A stretch of 64,000 bases of DNA from Candidatus Woesearchaeota archaeon (GCA_030640025.1 DAOWKC010000002.1:506995-570994), one strand, 5' to 3'; numbered from the stretch's first letter, positions 19,409-29,375 are shown. The notes: generated from the letters alone by a model not told the origin. Numbers and translations are program-made.

Positions 19409-20980
19409 ATGGAAAAGAGAAAACTGGAATTTTATCATTGGGCTGATAAGGCGGCTGATGATGTCATCAAAGTTAAAGGTGATAAAAAGAAATATGTAAT
19501 GGCAGCTGGGATTACGCCAAGCGGTACAATTCATATGGGGAACTTTAGGGAGATTATTACCCAGGAATTAGTTAAGAGAGCTCTTGAGGCTCGGGGGAAA
19601 CAAGTATGTTTTATTTATTCTTGGGATGATTATGATGTTTTTAGAAAGGTTCCTAAAAATATGCCAAAGCAGGAGATGTTGAAAAAGAATCTTAGAAAAT
19701 CAATTTCAGATATTCCAGATCCTTTTGGCTGCCATGACAGTTATGCCCAGCATAATGAAGCAGAGATTGAAGAAGATGCGCCTAAAGTCGGCATTGAAAC
19801 TGAATTCATGAGACAGAGTCTGGTTTACAGGGCAGGAACTTATGATAAAGAGATTAAGCAGGCTTTGGAGCATACTCAAGAGATTAAAGATGTTTTGAAT
19901 GAATATCGGAAGGAGCCTTTGGAAGATAATTGGCTGCCGATTGCTATGTTTTGTCCTAAATGCGGTAAAGACACAATTAAGTCTTTGAAATGGCTTGGCG
20001 GTTATGAAATTGAATATGAATGTGAATGCGGTGAGCATGAAAAAGTTGATTTCAAAGGCAAAGGATTTGTGAAATTATTATGGCGGATAGACTGGCCAAT
20101 GAGATGGCATTATTATAATGAAGATTTTGAGTCAGCTGGCAAGGATCATTTTGCAGCTGGCGGTTCTGTGGTGACAGCTAGGGGAATACAAAAAGCAGTT
20201 TGGAAAACAGAGCCGCCATTGGGATTTCCTTATGAATGGATTTCAATTAAAGGCGGAAAGCAATTTGCTTCATCAGCTGGTGTAGTGATAACTTTAAAAG
20301 AGATGTTAGAAGTTTATCAGCCTGAAGTTGTTCGTTATTTATTTGCTTCGACCCGGCCAAATGCCGGCTTTTCAATTTCTTTTGATGTTGATGTGATCAA
20401 GATTTATGAGGATTTTGACAAATGTGAGAGAATATATTATGGTTTGGAAAAGGTTTCTGATAAGGAAAAAGAAAAGCAGAAAAGGATTTATGAATTGAGT
20501 TCTGTGGCTGGCGTTTCAGAAAAAGTTCCTTTGCAGTGGTCTTTTAGGCATTTGACAACTATTTTACAGATTCATCAGTTGGATATTGAGAGGACAATTG
20601 GTTTTTATGAGAAGGAAATCAAGGATAAGTTGGATAAGGAAAGATTGCAGGCCCGGACTGTTTGCGTCAAGAATTGGCTGGAAAAACATGCGCCTGATGA
20701 TTTTAAGTTTACTGTGCAGGATAAGGTTCAGGTTAAGTTAGGGAAAAAAGAGAAGGAAGCAATGAAAGAATTAGCAAAGAAATTATCTGAGAGAGACTGG
20801 ACAGATGTGGAGCTGCATAATGAAATTTATATTATTACCAAGAACTTTGATATTGAGCCTAAAGATTTCTTTAAAGCTGCTTATCAAGTTTTGATTAATA
20901 AGGAAAGAGGGCCGAGATTGGCTTCTTTTATTTTACAGATTGGAAAGGACAAAGTTATTGAGTTATTGGAGGGGATTTAA
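19409..20980 (+). CDS. lysS: Lysine--tRNA ligase, class I
   Basis: HWAD, GITPSGTIHMGN (HIGH-like), WRIDWPMRW, GKDH, GPRLA. Confidence 0.95.
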   Translation: MEKRKLEFYHWADKAADDVIKVKGDKKKYVMAAGITPSGTIHMGNFREIITQELVKRALEARGKQVCFIYSWDDYDVFRKVPKNMPKQEMLKKNLRKSISDIPDPFGCHDSYAQHNEAEIEEDAPKVGIETEFMRQSLVYRAGTYDKEIKQALEHTQEIKDVLNEYRKEPLEDNWLPIAMFCPKCGKDTIKSLKWLGGYEIEYECECGEHEKVDFKGKGFVKLLWRIDWPMRWHYYNEDFESAGKDHFAAGGSVVTARGIQKAVWKTEPPLGFPYEWISIKGGKQFASSAGVVITLKEMLEVYQPEVVRYLFASTRPNAGFSISFDVDVIKIYEDFDKCERIYYGLEKVSDKEKEKQKRIYELSSVAGVSEKVPLQWSFRHLTTILQIHQLDIERTIGFYEKEIKDKLDKERLQARTVCVKNWLEKHAPDDFKFTVQDKVQVKLGKKEKEAMKELAKKLSERDWTDVELHNEIYIITKNFDIEPKDFFKAAYQVLINKERGPRLASFILQIGKDKVIELLEGI

Positions 20981-20981
20981 A

Positions 20982-21722
20982 ATGAAGAAAAATGTTAAGG
21001 TTGCGATTTTTTTATTAATAGTGGTTTTGATTGCATTTTTTTATCTTTTGTATGGTTATTATTCTGAAAAGGAGAAAGTTGATACTCGGACACCTCAGCA
21101 GAAAATTGATGATTGGGTCAAAGCTGGCGGTAGAGTGACAGATGGTGTTTATGATTTAGAGATTGGAAATTTTGTTATAAATGATGACGGGAAAACAGTG
21201 ATTTTATATGATAAAGACGGAAATCCGATTTTTTTTACCCCGATTGATGACCTAGTTGAAGCAATTGAAATTGGTAAGTTAACTTTAATGGTTGAAGGTT
21301 CTTTGCAAGTTCCTGATACTAGTGCGCCACCACCTGCTCCAGCGCCTGTTCCTGTTCCCATTCCTGTGCCAATACCACCAGTTACAGAGGATAATGAGAC
21401 AAATGTAACTGTTCCTTCACCTACTCCTGTACCAACTCCACCAAATGCAACTCCAAGTCCTGGGCCTTATCTACCTGCTTGTTCAAACGGGCAATGGGAT
21501 GGAGATGAAAGTGATTTAGACTGCGGTGGCAGCTGTGCTCCTTGTTTGAGTTCTGGATTGTTTACTGCCTGTTGGGAGAACAGTGATTGTGCTACTGGGA
21601 ATTGCGGTGGAATAATGCCTCTGCCAATTGATTATAAAGGGACAACTTATAGTGATTATAGTCTGATTAGAATCTTGGCTGGAGATACTGGGATTATTCA
21701 GTTTCAGGGAAGATGTCAATAG
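20982..21722 (+). CDS. Membrane-anchored protein with Pro-rich linker and Cys-rich surface module
   Basis: N-terminal TM; PAPAPVP; CSNGQWDGDESDLDCGGSC. Confidence 0.7.
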   Translation: MKKNVKVAIFLLIVVLIAFFYLLYGYYSEKEKVDTRTPQQKIDDWVKAGGRVTDGVYDLEIGNFVINDDGKTVILYDKDGNPIFFTPIDDLVEAIEIGKLTLMVEGSLQVPDTSAPPPAPAPVPVPIPVPIPPVTEDNETNVTVPSPTPVPTPPNATPSPGPYLPACSNGQWDGDESDLDCGGSCAPCLSSGLFTACWENSDCATGNCGGIMPLPIDYKGTTYSDYSLIRILAGDTGIIQFQGRCQ

Positions 21723-21864
21723 AATTAATTTTTTAATTTTTGATTAACCAATAAAAGCAATATTTAGACACGAGAAATTTGCAAACAAAAAACCAACATA
21801 CTTTCATTGAAGAAGGCTTTCTGTGCAGTGTTTACAATTAAAAAATAAAAAAAAATAAAAAGAA

Positions 21865-21996
21865 CTAATTTTTAAAAGGATCATCTCCTGGTCCAACCCA
21901 AAGATAATTTTCTGGTTGTCTTTTATTCACTTTCAACAAGTATAGCCCCATACCTATTGAAGCAAATCCAAAGATTAAAAAGATTTGGGCTAGCAT
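21865..21996 (-). CDS. Small membrane protein (43 aa), not in ORF track
   Basis: GGTGA RBS right after alba stop; MLAQIFLIFGFASIGMGLYLLKVNKRQ... Confidence 0.55.
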   Translation of the reverse strand: MLAQIFLIFGFASIGMGLYLLKVNKRQPENYLWVGPGDDPFKN

Positions 21997-22006
21997 TTGA
22001 ATCACC

Positions 22007-22288
22007 TTACTTTTTTCCTAGTGTTATTTCAATTGAACTCACTCGAACTTCTCGTCCTTCCTTGTTTTCAAAGTCTTCACTGTCAATTTTGATGCCCTTA
22101 ACTTGTACTTGCTCAGCCAAGAATCTCTTGGCAGAAACTTCAGCAACGTCAACAGCTCGAGAGATAAATTTGCCCCTGGCCTTGACAATTACTTCTTCTG
22201 CACCCTTAGTGGTAAACTGCATAACTACGCCGGTAACATAGTTCATGAATGGCTTGCCACCGATAAAAATACTGTTTTCATCTGCCAT
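22007..22288 (-). CDS. albA: DNA/RNA-binding protein Alba
   Basis: IFIGGKPFMNYV, KARGKFISRAVDVAE, VSSIEI. Confidence 0.96.
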   Translation of the reverse strand: MADENSIFIGGKPFMNYVTGVVMQFTTKGAEEVIVKARGKFISRAVDVAEVSAKRFLAEQVQVKGIKIDSEDFENKEGREVRVSSIEITLGKK

Positions 22289-22303
22289 TTACTTCACCCC
22301 CAC

Positions 22304-22498
22304 TTAAACAATATCTGGTTTTTTCTTTAGTCTGGTTACATAACCAGCTATGATGTTTCTTAATTTCTTGCTAGGAACATGAGCGAATTTACTAACTAAT
22401 TCTTTGTTTTTTTCGAAATCTTCGGTGAACTCTTTTTCGTGTTCAGCCATGATTTCTCTTGTTTTACGTTTGATAAGCATGGTTTTAATTCTTCCCAT
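22304..22498 (-). CDS. rps17e: 30S ribosomal protein S17e
   Basis: MGRIKT..IKR, FTEDFEKNK, SKKLRNIIAGYVT. Confidence 0.95.
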   Translation of the reverse strand: MGRIKTMLIKRKTREIMAEHEKEFTEDFEKNKELVSKFAHVPSKKLRNIIAGYVTRLKKKPDIV

Positions 22499-22544
22499 TA
22501 TGTTATCCCCCAGATAGCTTAAAACTTTGTGGCGATTTATAAAG

Positions 22545-22611
22545 ATTGCGAAAATTCTTCGAATTTCTGAAACCCCCAAAATCTTTTAGGCTTTTGGTGG
22601 TTGCGAAAATT
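22545..22611. repeat. Double-hairpin element with 11-bp direct repeat (55-nt period)
   Basis: TTGCGAAAATT at 22546 and 22601; AAATTC-TTC-GAATTT and CCAAAA..TTTTGG hairpins. Confidence 0.55.
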
Positions 22612-23273
22612 TACATAAGTTCCCTTAAAATTTTGGCCATGAGCTTAAAATCCTTGAATTCAGCCAAGTCAGCTGCTTTAAAATTCTTTAATTTCTTTAA
22701 TCTTTGAAGGAAATAGAGGAGCTGTCTTACGGTCAAGCCTCCGGTGTTTTGGTCTAAAACATCGTTGTCAATGGAGATGTATAAGGCATTGAAGTCTTTG
22801 GCAGCAGCCATGATAGCATCGCAGACAGCTTCTTGGCCTTCAAAAGAGATTTCTTTCATAGTGTATGTTTTGATGTTATTATTTTTGATGAAGAAATACT
22901 CATCTTTGCTCCATTCTCGGCAGCCGACAATTATTATATTGTTTTTGGGGATGATATTGGTTAGGAATGGGACTAGATCTTCATTATTTAAAGCGTCTAA
23001 ATGAGCATCGAAGATGATAATACTTGGGTTTTGATGGTTCTGAGAAATCAAAGATTTCTGGAATCCCAAAACCGCTTTGCGGTTTTGATGGGTTTGTGTG
23101 AATTTTTGGAAAGATTCTCTGGTTTTGAGATGGTTGTCATGGATTATGGCGGTGAAGTTTGAGGAGAAATCAAGATTTTGGTCTATATTAATGACTGGGA
23201 AAGTGCCTGATTCATTTAATTGCGGTTTTTGGAGTTCTTTTTTTAATTCTTCTGGCGGGTTGATAAGGTTCAT
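22611..23273 (-). CDS. Divergent arginase/agmatinase-family protein with 18-aa in-frame insertion
   Basis: IFDAHLD, VGCR, SIDNDVLD, GGLT motifs. Confidence 0.8.
   Translation of the reverse strand: MNLINPPEELKKELQKPQLNESGTFPVINIDQNLDFSSNFTAIIHDNHLKTRESFQKFTQTHQNRKAVLGFQKSLISQNHQNPSIIIFDAHLDALNNEDLVPFLTNIIPKNNIIIVGCREWSKDEYFFIKNNNIKTYTMKEISFEGQEAVCDAIMAAAKDFNALYISIDNDVLDQNTGGLTVRQLLYFLQRLKKLKNFKAADLAEFKDFKLMAKILRELM
23027..23091. mobile_element. In-frame 54-nt X-hairpin-X'-hairpin-X insertion
   Basis: GGTTTTGATGG at 23027 and 23081; cap CTGAGAAATCAAAGATTTCTGG; inverted GAATCCCAAAACC; GC-TTT-GC. Confidence 0.8.
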
Positions 23274-23317
23274 ATCTTACATAATTTTTATTAAGGTAAA
23301 TAAATTTTTCTAATAAA

Positions 23318-23605
23318 ATGCCAACTGAATTTGAAAAAAAAGTTTATTCTATCTGCAAAAGAGTTCCTAAGGGCAAAGTGACAACTTACAAAGCAATTGC
23401 CAAGAAATTAAAGTGTAAGGGTTATCAGGCTGTGGGCAATGCTTTGAATAAGAATAGGGATAAGAAGGTGCCGTGCCATCGGGTTGTGAAAAGTAGTGGG
23501 GAGGTCGGTGGTTTTGCACGCGGTACGAAAAAGAAAATTGAAATGTTAAAAAAAGAAGGCGTTGGGATTAAAGATGGGGAAGTTTTGAAGAAATATTTAA
23601 TTTAA
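23318..23605 (+). CDS. MGMT family (O6-alkylguanine alkyltransferase C-terminal domain)
   Basis: VPKGKVTTY, AVGNAL, VPCHRVV. Confidence 0.9.
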   Translation: MPTEFEKKVYSICKRVPKGKVTTYKAIAKKLKCKGYQAVGNALNKNRDKKVPCHRVVKSSGEVGGFARGTKKKIEMLKKEGVGIKDGEVLKKYLI

Positions 23606-24319
23606 TTTACAAGAAGTTACTATTTTTTTCTCCTTATCAAAAACAACATAACCTGGTTTTAAATCCCGCGGCTTGCCAATAGAGCCAACATCAACACCAT
23701 AGAAATATTCTAGATCTAAGACCAGGGGCTGAGCAGGGAATGTTTCTATTTGTTCAAAATTGGTTGGAATGATGTTATTCTTCTTTAATTTAAAAGCTTC
23801 GGTTAAATGATAGTGGCCAAAAAAACCAATATCAACCCCTAAACTTTCTATTCCAACCATAGCTGCGACAATATTGTACCTTTTTGTTGAATAAGTGAGT
23901 AAGGCTGCTCTTTCTTCATGAGGTAATAATTCTTTTTCCCCAATGGGACAGCCATGAACATAAACAGTACCATCTTCAACAATTTGTATTGGCAGATTCT
24001 TTAAAAATTCTTTTTGTTCTACACTTAACAATCTTTTTGCTTGGTCTACAGTACTTTGAGCCCAGGGATTGAACTCCCAATATAAGTCTGGATATTTTCC
24101 AGAAACAACAGCACCGTGATTGCCCAGCACATTTCTCATGATGCCATCTTGTTCCAAGTCCATGGCCATCTTAACACATTTTTCTGGATGATCTCCATAA
24201 CCAATTATATCACCCAAACTGATAATTTCTGTTATACCCTGTTTTTTAATCCCAGCTAAAGCTTTTAAAAAATTATCCAAATGTGCATGGACATCCGATA
24301 AGATTGCTACAAGTGTCAT
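23597..24319 (-). CDS. Calcineurin-like metallophosphoesterase
   Basis: SDVH, LGDIIGYG, GNH, VHG, GHYH, GSIGKPRD. Confidence 0.88.
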   Translation of the reverse strand: MTLVAILSDVHAHLDNFLKALAGIKKQGITEIISLGDIIGYGDHPEKCVKMAMDLEQDGIMRNVLGNHGAVVSGKYPDLYWEFNPWAQSTVDQAKRLLSVEQKEFLKNLPIQIVEDGTVYVHGCPIGEKELLPHEERAALLTYSTKRYNIVAAMVGIESLGVDIGFFGHYHLTEAFKLKKNNIIPTNFEQIETFPAQPLVLDLEYFYGVDVGSIGKPRDLKPGYVVFDKEKKIVTSCKLN

Positions 24320-24342
24320 TTCTGCAAAAAAAGAAAAATAAA

Positions 24343-25263
24343 TTATTTTTTCTTGGTTTTTTCGATTTGCTTTTCAAGCTTTAATTTCTTGATAAGCTCT
24401 TTGTAACGGTTTCTGATAGTTACTTCGGTGACACCAGCAACATCAGCTACTTCTCTTTGAGTTCTTTTTTCGCCATGGATCAAAGAACTGACATATAAAG
24501 CAGCAGCAGCAATACCAGTTGGACCTCGTCCAGAAGTTAATTCAGCTTCTCGAGCATCCTCAAGAATTTCAACAGCTTTGCTCTGTGTTTCTGCTGACAA
24601 GCTTAAAGCAGAAGCAAATCTTGGGATATAATCTGCTGGATTGCTTGGCAGGATATTAATGCTTAATTCTCTGGTGACAAATCGATAGGTTCGGCCAATT
24701 TCTTTCTTTTCGATTCCACTAGCTTCGCTCATTTCATCCAGTGTTCTTGGGACTTCATGCCGTCTACAAGCTGCATATAAAGCGCCGGCAACAACTGATT
24801 CCATTGAACGTCCTCTAACTAGCCCTCTTTGGACAGCTAAAGTGTAGATTCGAGCTGCTTCTTCTTCAACTGATTTTGGCAGTTTTAAGAAAGAACTGAC
24901 TCTTTTAAGCTCAGCTAAGGCAACTTTAAGGTTTCTTTCAATGGCTGTACTGATTCTATACTGCCATTTTCTTAATCTGAAGAACTTGTTTTTTTCCTTT
25001 TTAGTGCCTAATTTGTATAAGTCTGATTTTTGGCCAACTTCTGTGCCTAAACCTTGATCAAATTGAGTATAAGTTGATGGAGCACCGGCTCTTCGCCTTT
25101 TATCGGCGTCATCAGAATCAAATTCTCGCCATTCCTGCTCAAAATCAACCATCTTTTCTTCAATAACTAGACCACAATCTTTACAAATCATTTCTCCTCG
25201 TTCCTTATTTCGGAAAAGGTTGATTCCACCACATTCAGGGCATTGCTTGATAAATTTTCTCAT
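24343..25263 (-). CDS. tfb: Transcription initiation factor IIB
   Basis: CPECG Zn ribbon, EWREF, two cyclin folds, VTEVTIRNRYKEL. Confidence 0.97.
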   Translation of the reverse strand: MRKFIKQCPECGGINLFRNKERGEMICKDCGLVIEEKMVDFEQEWREFDSDDADKRRRAGAPSTYTQFDQGLGTEVGQKSDLYKLGTKKEKNKFFRLRKWQYRISTAIERNLKVALAELKRVSSFLKLPKSVEEEAARIYTLAVQRGLVRGRSMESVVAGALYAACRRHEVPRTLDEMSEASGIEKKEIGRTYRFVTRELSINILPSNPADYIPRFASALSLSAETQSKAVEILEDAREAELTSGRGPTGIAAAALYVSSLIHGEKRTQREVADVAGVTEVTIRNRYKELIKKLKLEKQIEKTKKK

Positions 25264-25278
25264 TTTAGTTCACCTTAA

Positions 25279-25689
25279 TTAGGATTTTTTTTGATCATTA
25301 CAATATGCTATAAACCTTAAGCTTGGAATTGCATATGTTTTTCCTTCGTGTTCTGTTTTGAACACAAAACCTGTTTTTGCAATCATATCAATTGTATCAC
25401 TTTCTTCTTGAACTCCTACCCACTCACCAATTTGAGCAGCAGCGTACAACATTCTATTTAATACTCGTTCCTGATGAACACTTTTAAAAGGTCCTGATTC
25501 CATAGTAAAATGAGCCAATGCTTCATGATCTCCAGCTGTAATTTCTTTCGTATATGGACCAAGCACTTCATCAACAGTGCATAATTGTTTTAATTTATCT
25601 GTGTAATCATCAGTATACCAAACTAGTGGATTTTCATCCAGTTTGTGGATTTTGCTATTAACTCCTACGGATTCCTTTTGAGGTATCAT
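25279..25689 (-). CDS. Hypothetical protein upstream of tfb
   Basis: ORF with plausible RBS; no recognised motif. Confidence 0.55.
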   Translation of the reverse strand: MIPQKESVGVNSKIHKLDENPLVWYTDDYTDKLKQLCTVDEVLGPYTKEITAGDHEALAHFTMESGPFKSVHQERVLNRMLYAAAQIGEWVGVQEESDTIDMIAKTGFVFKTEHEGKTYAIPSLRFIAYCNDQKKS

Positions 25690-25765
25690 TTTTATCACTA
25701 CACAACCATTAAACACCAATCACTATAAGAACCCCTCTTTCACAGTTAAGTTTAAATATCATTGT

Positions 25766-26814
25766 AAGAACTAGTATATAAATGTTTCGGTGTTTTTGGT
25801 CAGTGACGAAAGAAAATTAAGGTTTTTTCTCAGAATTACCATTTCCAAAGCGCTTTAAATTAGACCTTTCCTGCCAAGAACTGTAAGGAATGGCTGTAGT
25901 TTTTAATGTATCTTGATTTAATTTTAAGACATCAGCTATTTTTTGGTAATTTGGGTTGCCGTTTAAAGTTTGACCCATATGATCTCTTGTGGCTTGGTTG
26001 CTATAACCTTCTGGATGTTCAGATAGATGAGCGCCGCTTAAATTCATTAAAACATTGGTTTTTTCTGAGTCAATCATTTTTACTTCTTCATCTGTAATTT
26101 GAACTATTTTTGGCCTGCCGCCAACACCCTGGTTAATATTGGAAAAAGAGTAAGCATTAATAGCAAAGAAAGCTAAATCTTTTGATTCTAGTTTTTTAGA
26201 GTCAATTCCCTGTAATTTAGTTGAGAAATATGAATCAGCACCATCTGTTCCTGAGCCAGTTTCAATATGGTCCTGAAATAATTCGTTGTAACCTTGGGCA
26301 GAAATTGCAAAATGCCTGATTTTCTTACTTTCTTTATCAAAAGCAGTCAGAATAAAACTAGTTGTATATTGAGGGTCTTTTTTAGATTGTTCGAAATTTT
26401 GAATTAATCTGGCAGTTTCCTGTTTAATATATTCTTTTTTTTCGTCTGGATTAGTAATGAGTTTGGCTTTTTTTTGGATTTCTGTTTTCTGTCTTTTCAA
26501 ATAATCTTCTTCAAATTTATTTTCCCTTCTTTTTTCTCTTTGATGGATGTCTTCGACAAACTCTTCTAGATCTCTTCCCTGGACTTTGTCTAGATTTTCA
26601 ATAACTCCTCTAATGATATTGCCTCCGCCAGAACCATAAATTACACCGTGGTATTTCTCATGTTCAAATTTACCAACTTTTTCAACAGAATCACTTTTTC
26701 TTCCATAACTAGAGACTCTGCTATCTGTAACAACGATTGCTTCTAAACTATTTGTAAAAGATATGCCTACTGTCATTTTAATTGTATTCTGAAGAACTAG
26801 TATATAAATCTTTC
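25766..26814. repeat. 23-bp direct repeat (1 mismatch) containing TATA box, flanking Ntn-hydrolase gene
   Basis: AAGAACTAGTATATAAAT(G/C)TTTC at 25766-25788 and 26792-26814. Confidence 0.7.
25817..26776 (-). CDS. Proteasome-beta/Anbu-like Ntn hydrolase with charged helical insertion
   Basis: M-T(1)VGISF..AIVVTDSRVS..K, TGSG, S.INQGVGG. Confidence 0.7.
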   Translation of the reverse strand: MTVGISFTNSLEAIVVTDSRVSSYGRKSDSVEKVGKFEHEKYHGVIYGSGGGNIIRGVIENLDKVQGRDLEEFVEDIHQREKRRENKFEEDYLKRQKTEIQKKAKLITNPDEKKEYIKQETARLIQNFEQSKKDPQYTTSFILTAFDKESKKIRHFAISAQGYNELFQDHIETGSGTDGADSYFSTKLQGIDSKKLESKDLAFFAINAYSFSNINQGVGGRPKIVQITDEEVKMIDSEKTNVLMNLSGAHLSEHPEGYSNQATRDHMGQTLNGNPNYQKIADVLKLNQDTLKTTAIPYSSWQERSNLKRFGNGNSEKKP

Positions 26815-26835
26815 TGTTTTGTTACTACTATTCAG

Positions 26836-27442
26836 TTACACTTTTTGGCAGAGAAATTCAATCCAAAGTTTGGTCATGATGGGCATGTTGGGGCCTGATA
26901 TAGAATCTTAAGACTTTGAAATTGCTGTTTTCAAGCAAATTTTTAAGCTCATCTTGCTGGTAATAAGCATAAAATCTTTTAGTATTGTATCTTTTATAGA
27001 ATTCCCAACCTTCAGTTGTTCCTTCCTTAGCATTGATAAAGAGGATTCCTTTGGGTTTGAGAATTTTAAAGATTTTACTTATGACTTCTTGCGCAAATTT
27101 CTTTTCAACAGTCAAGATTCCAGCATTAAACCAAACTCCATCAAAAAAATTGTCTGGAAAATCTAGTTTGGTCATGTCCATGACTTTAAATTCAGCTTTG
27201 GGAGCAATTGTTTTGGCAATTTTGATCATGTTTTCTGAGAAATCTACTCCACTAACTTGGTAGCCCTGTTCTGAGATTATTTTTGCATCTCTGCCTGGGC
27301 CGCAAGCAAGGTCAAGTATTTTTCCGTTTTTTGGAATCAAGTTGAGAAATTCATTTCTTTGTTCATCTGTGAATTTAGCCATGTCTTTTGTTTTTTCATA
27401 GAAATCTTGGGCTGTTTTATCATAAGTGTCGATGTTTTTCAT
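26836..27442 (-). CDS. Class I SAM-dependent methyltransferase (probable 1-nt frameshift near 3' end)
   Basis: ILDLACGPG, GVDFS, LKPKG; typical C-terminal strand WIEFLCQK in the shifted frame. Confidence 0.8.
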
Positions 27443-27485
27443 TTTTGGTAAAATTTTATATATTGGCAGTTAAATTTTATTTTTT

Positions 27486-27854
27486 ATGGCAGTGTTAGAA
27501 GCAGATATTGAGGAATTATATAAAAAACTACCTGTTGAATCTAGATGCAGGGAAGCTACTAATCCTGACCGTTTTCTAAAAGCCTTTAATGATAAGGGTT
27601 ATATGGAGCCTTGGCCTTTTATTGGTCTTTTTCAAAACTTAGAAGATGAATCTCTTCGCTGGCTGATGATCTGTGATGAATTTTACAGTTATTCTACTTT
27701 TCTTGGGAGTCGTGGTCTTGATAAAGTAGTTCAATGGAAATTAAGCCGGGCAAATTCAACAGAAAAACCGATGTTATGTTTAGAAGTTTACAGCAGAAAT
27801 TGTTTTGATGAAGAAGCAAAATGGAAAACAAGCTATATCTTTCCAACTCAATAA
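27486..27854 (+). CDS. Hypothetical protein
   Basis: 122-aa ORF filling the gap. Confidence 0.55.
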   Translation: MAVLEADIEELYKKLPVESRCREATNPDRFLKAFNDKGYMEPWPFIGLFQNLEDESLRWLMICDEFYSYSTFLGSRGLDKVVQWKLSRANSTEKPMLCLEVYSRNCFDEEAKWKTSYIFPTQ

Positions 27855-28978
27855 CTCATATTTTTATTTTGCAAGAATTTGTTATCTAAAAATCCTCTTA
27901 ATCTTCTCATGGCATCTTTGATGATTTCCTGGTTGATGGCGTAGCTTAAACGGATGTGGTTTTTATCGCCAAATGGTTCTCCGGGAATGACGGCTAGTTT
28001 TGATTCTTCTAATAATCTACTGCAAAATGTTAGCGAGTCATCATTAATCTTAGCCCAGCAGTAGAAAGCACCTTGAGGTCTTGGGCAGTCTAAACCCATT
28101 GATTTTAATTCATCGGTCATTAAATCTCTTCTTTGTTTATATTCACTGATGATGTTTGGATCTGGTATTAGTTCTAAGGCTTTAACTGCTGCTTTTTGAG
28201 CAATTGAATTTGGATTTGAAGTTACTTGTCCTTGAATTGCTGCCATTTCTTTGATTAAATCACTGGAGCCAGCTCCATAACCAATTCTCCAGCCAGGGAC
28301 ACCATATGATTTTGAGATAGCATTGACTGTTAAAGTTAAATTTTTAATTTCATTATTTAGGGAGGCGATGCTGATATGCTCCTGGTCGTAAGTGAAATAT
28401 TCATAAACTTCATCTGAGATGATTATTAGTTTATGATTGACAGCTAAGTCAGCGATTCTTTGGAGCTCTGTTCTGGGGATGACAGCTCCGGTTGGATTAT
28501 TTGGTGAGTTGAGGATGATGGCTTTTGTATTTGGAGTTATTTTTTCTGCAATGAGATCTGCTTTGATTTGGTTATTGTCTGTCTGACAGAAAACTGGCTG
28601 GCCACTGGCCATTTTGACTTGTTCTGGATAGGTCAGCCAATAAGGTGTGGGGATAATGATTTCTCCACCTAAATAGAAGAGAGCGTTGAAAAGAACTTGT
28701 TTGCCGCCATTAGAGATGATGATATTTTCTGGTGTGTAATCTATATGATTGTCTCTTTTGAGTTTTTTAACTACAGCTTGTTTTAATTCTGGAATGCCTG
28801 ATGCTTGAGTGTATTTTGAGAAGTTATCGTCTACTGCTTGCTTTGCTGCTTGCTTGACTTCTTCTGGCGGTGTGAAGTCTGGCTCACCAGCTGCTAAGCT
28901 GATGACGTTTAAACCTTGGGCCTTCATCTGCTTGGCTTTGGCAGTGATTTGAAGAGTTAAGGATGGGTTTATTTTCAT
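27848..28978 (-). CDS. PLP-dependent aminotransferase class I/II (aspartate aminotransferase-like)
   Basis: GEPDF, NSPNNPTG, SDEVY, SKSYGVPGWRIGY. Confidence 0.93.
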   Translation of the reverse strand: MKINPSLTLQITAKAKQMKAQGLNVISLAAGEPDFTPPEEVKQAAKQAVDDNFSKYTQASGIPELKQAVVKKLKRDNHIDYTPENIIISNGGKQVLFNALFYLGGEIIIPTPYWLTYPEQVKMASGQPVFCQTDNNQIKADLIAEKITPNTKAIILNSPNNPTGAVIPRTELQRIADLAVNHKLIIISDEVYEYFTYDQEHISIASLNNEIKNLTLTVNAISKSYGVPGWRIGYGAGSSDLIKEMAAIQGQVTSNPNSIAQKAAVKALELIPDPNIISEYKQRRDLMTDELKSMGLDCPRPQGAFYCWAKINDDSLTFCSRLLEESKLAVIPGEPFGDKNHIRLSYAINQEIIKDAMRRLRGFLDNKFLQNKNMSY

Positions 28979-29271
28979 TTAGTATTAGGGCAAAGTTCTA
29001 TTTCTTCTGGATCTGATGGAAAGCTTTTGCAGACGTCTGGCCTGAATTCATAGATGCTACAACAAAATTTTTCTTTTTCTTGGAGAAAAATACAATAACC
29101 AGTGTCCCTATACTTCAACTTAAATAGATCATCATCTTCAAGGGAACTGAATTCTTCAGGCTTTTTTCCTGTCATTCTAGCTATTAATCCTATTTCTTTT
29201 TCTGTTGCAAAAACTGTTGTTCTCCAGCAACAAGAGCCGCATTGCTGACAATTATCTGTTTTTGTTTCCAT
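28975..29271 (-). CDS. YkgJ-family Cys-cluster protein
   Basis: CQQCGSCC, CIFL, CSIYEFRPDVCKSFP. Confidence 0.85.
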   Translation of the reverse strand: METKTDNCQQCGSCCWRTTVFATEKEIGLIARMTGKKPEEFSSLEDDDLFKLKYRDTGYCIFLQEKEKFCCSIYEFRPDVCKSFPSDPEEIELCPNTK

Positions 29272-29375
29272 GAGAAGAACTGATGTTAGCTTATTTATTA
29301 AATTTGTTAAAGAGCACTGGACACTGGACAAGTGCTGACGAGCGGTTTAAAAATCTTGTTGATATGACTATTTTT

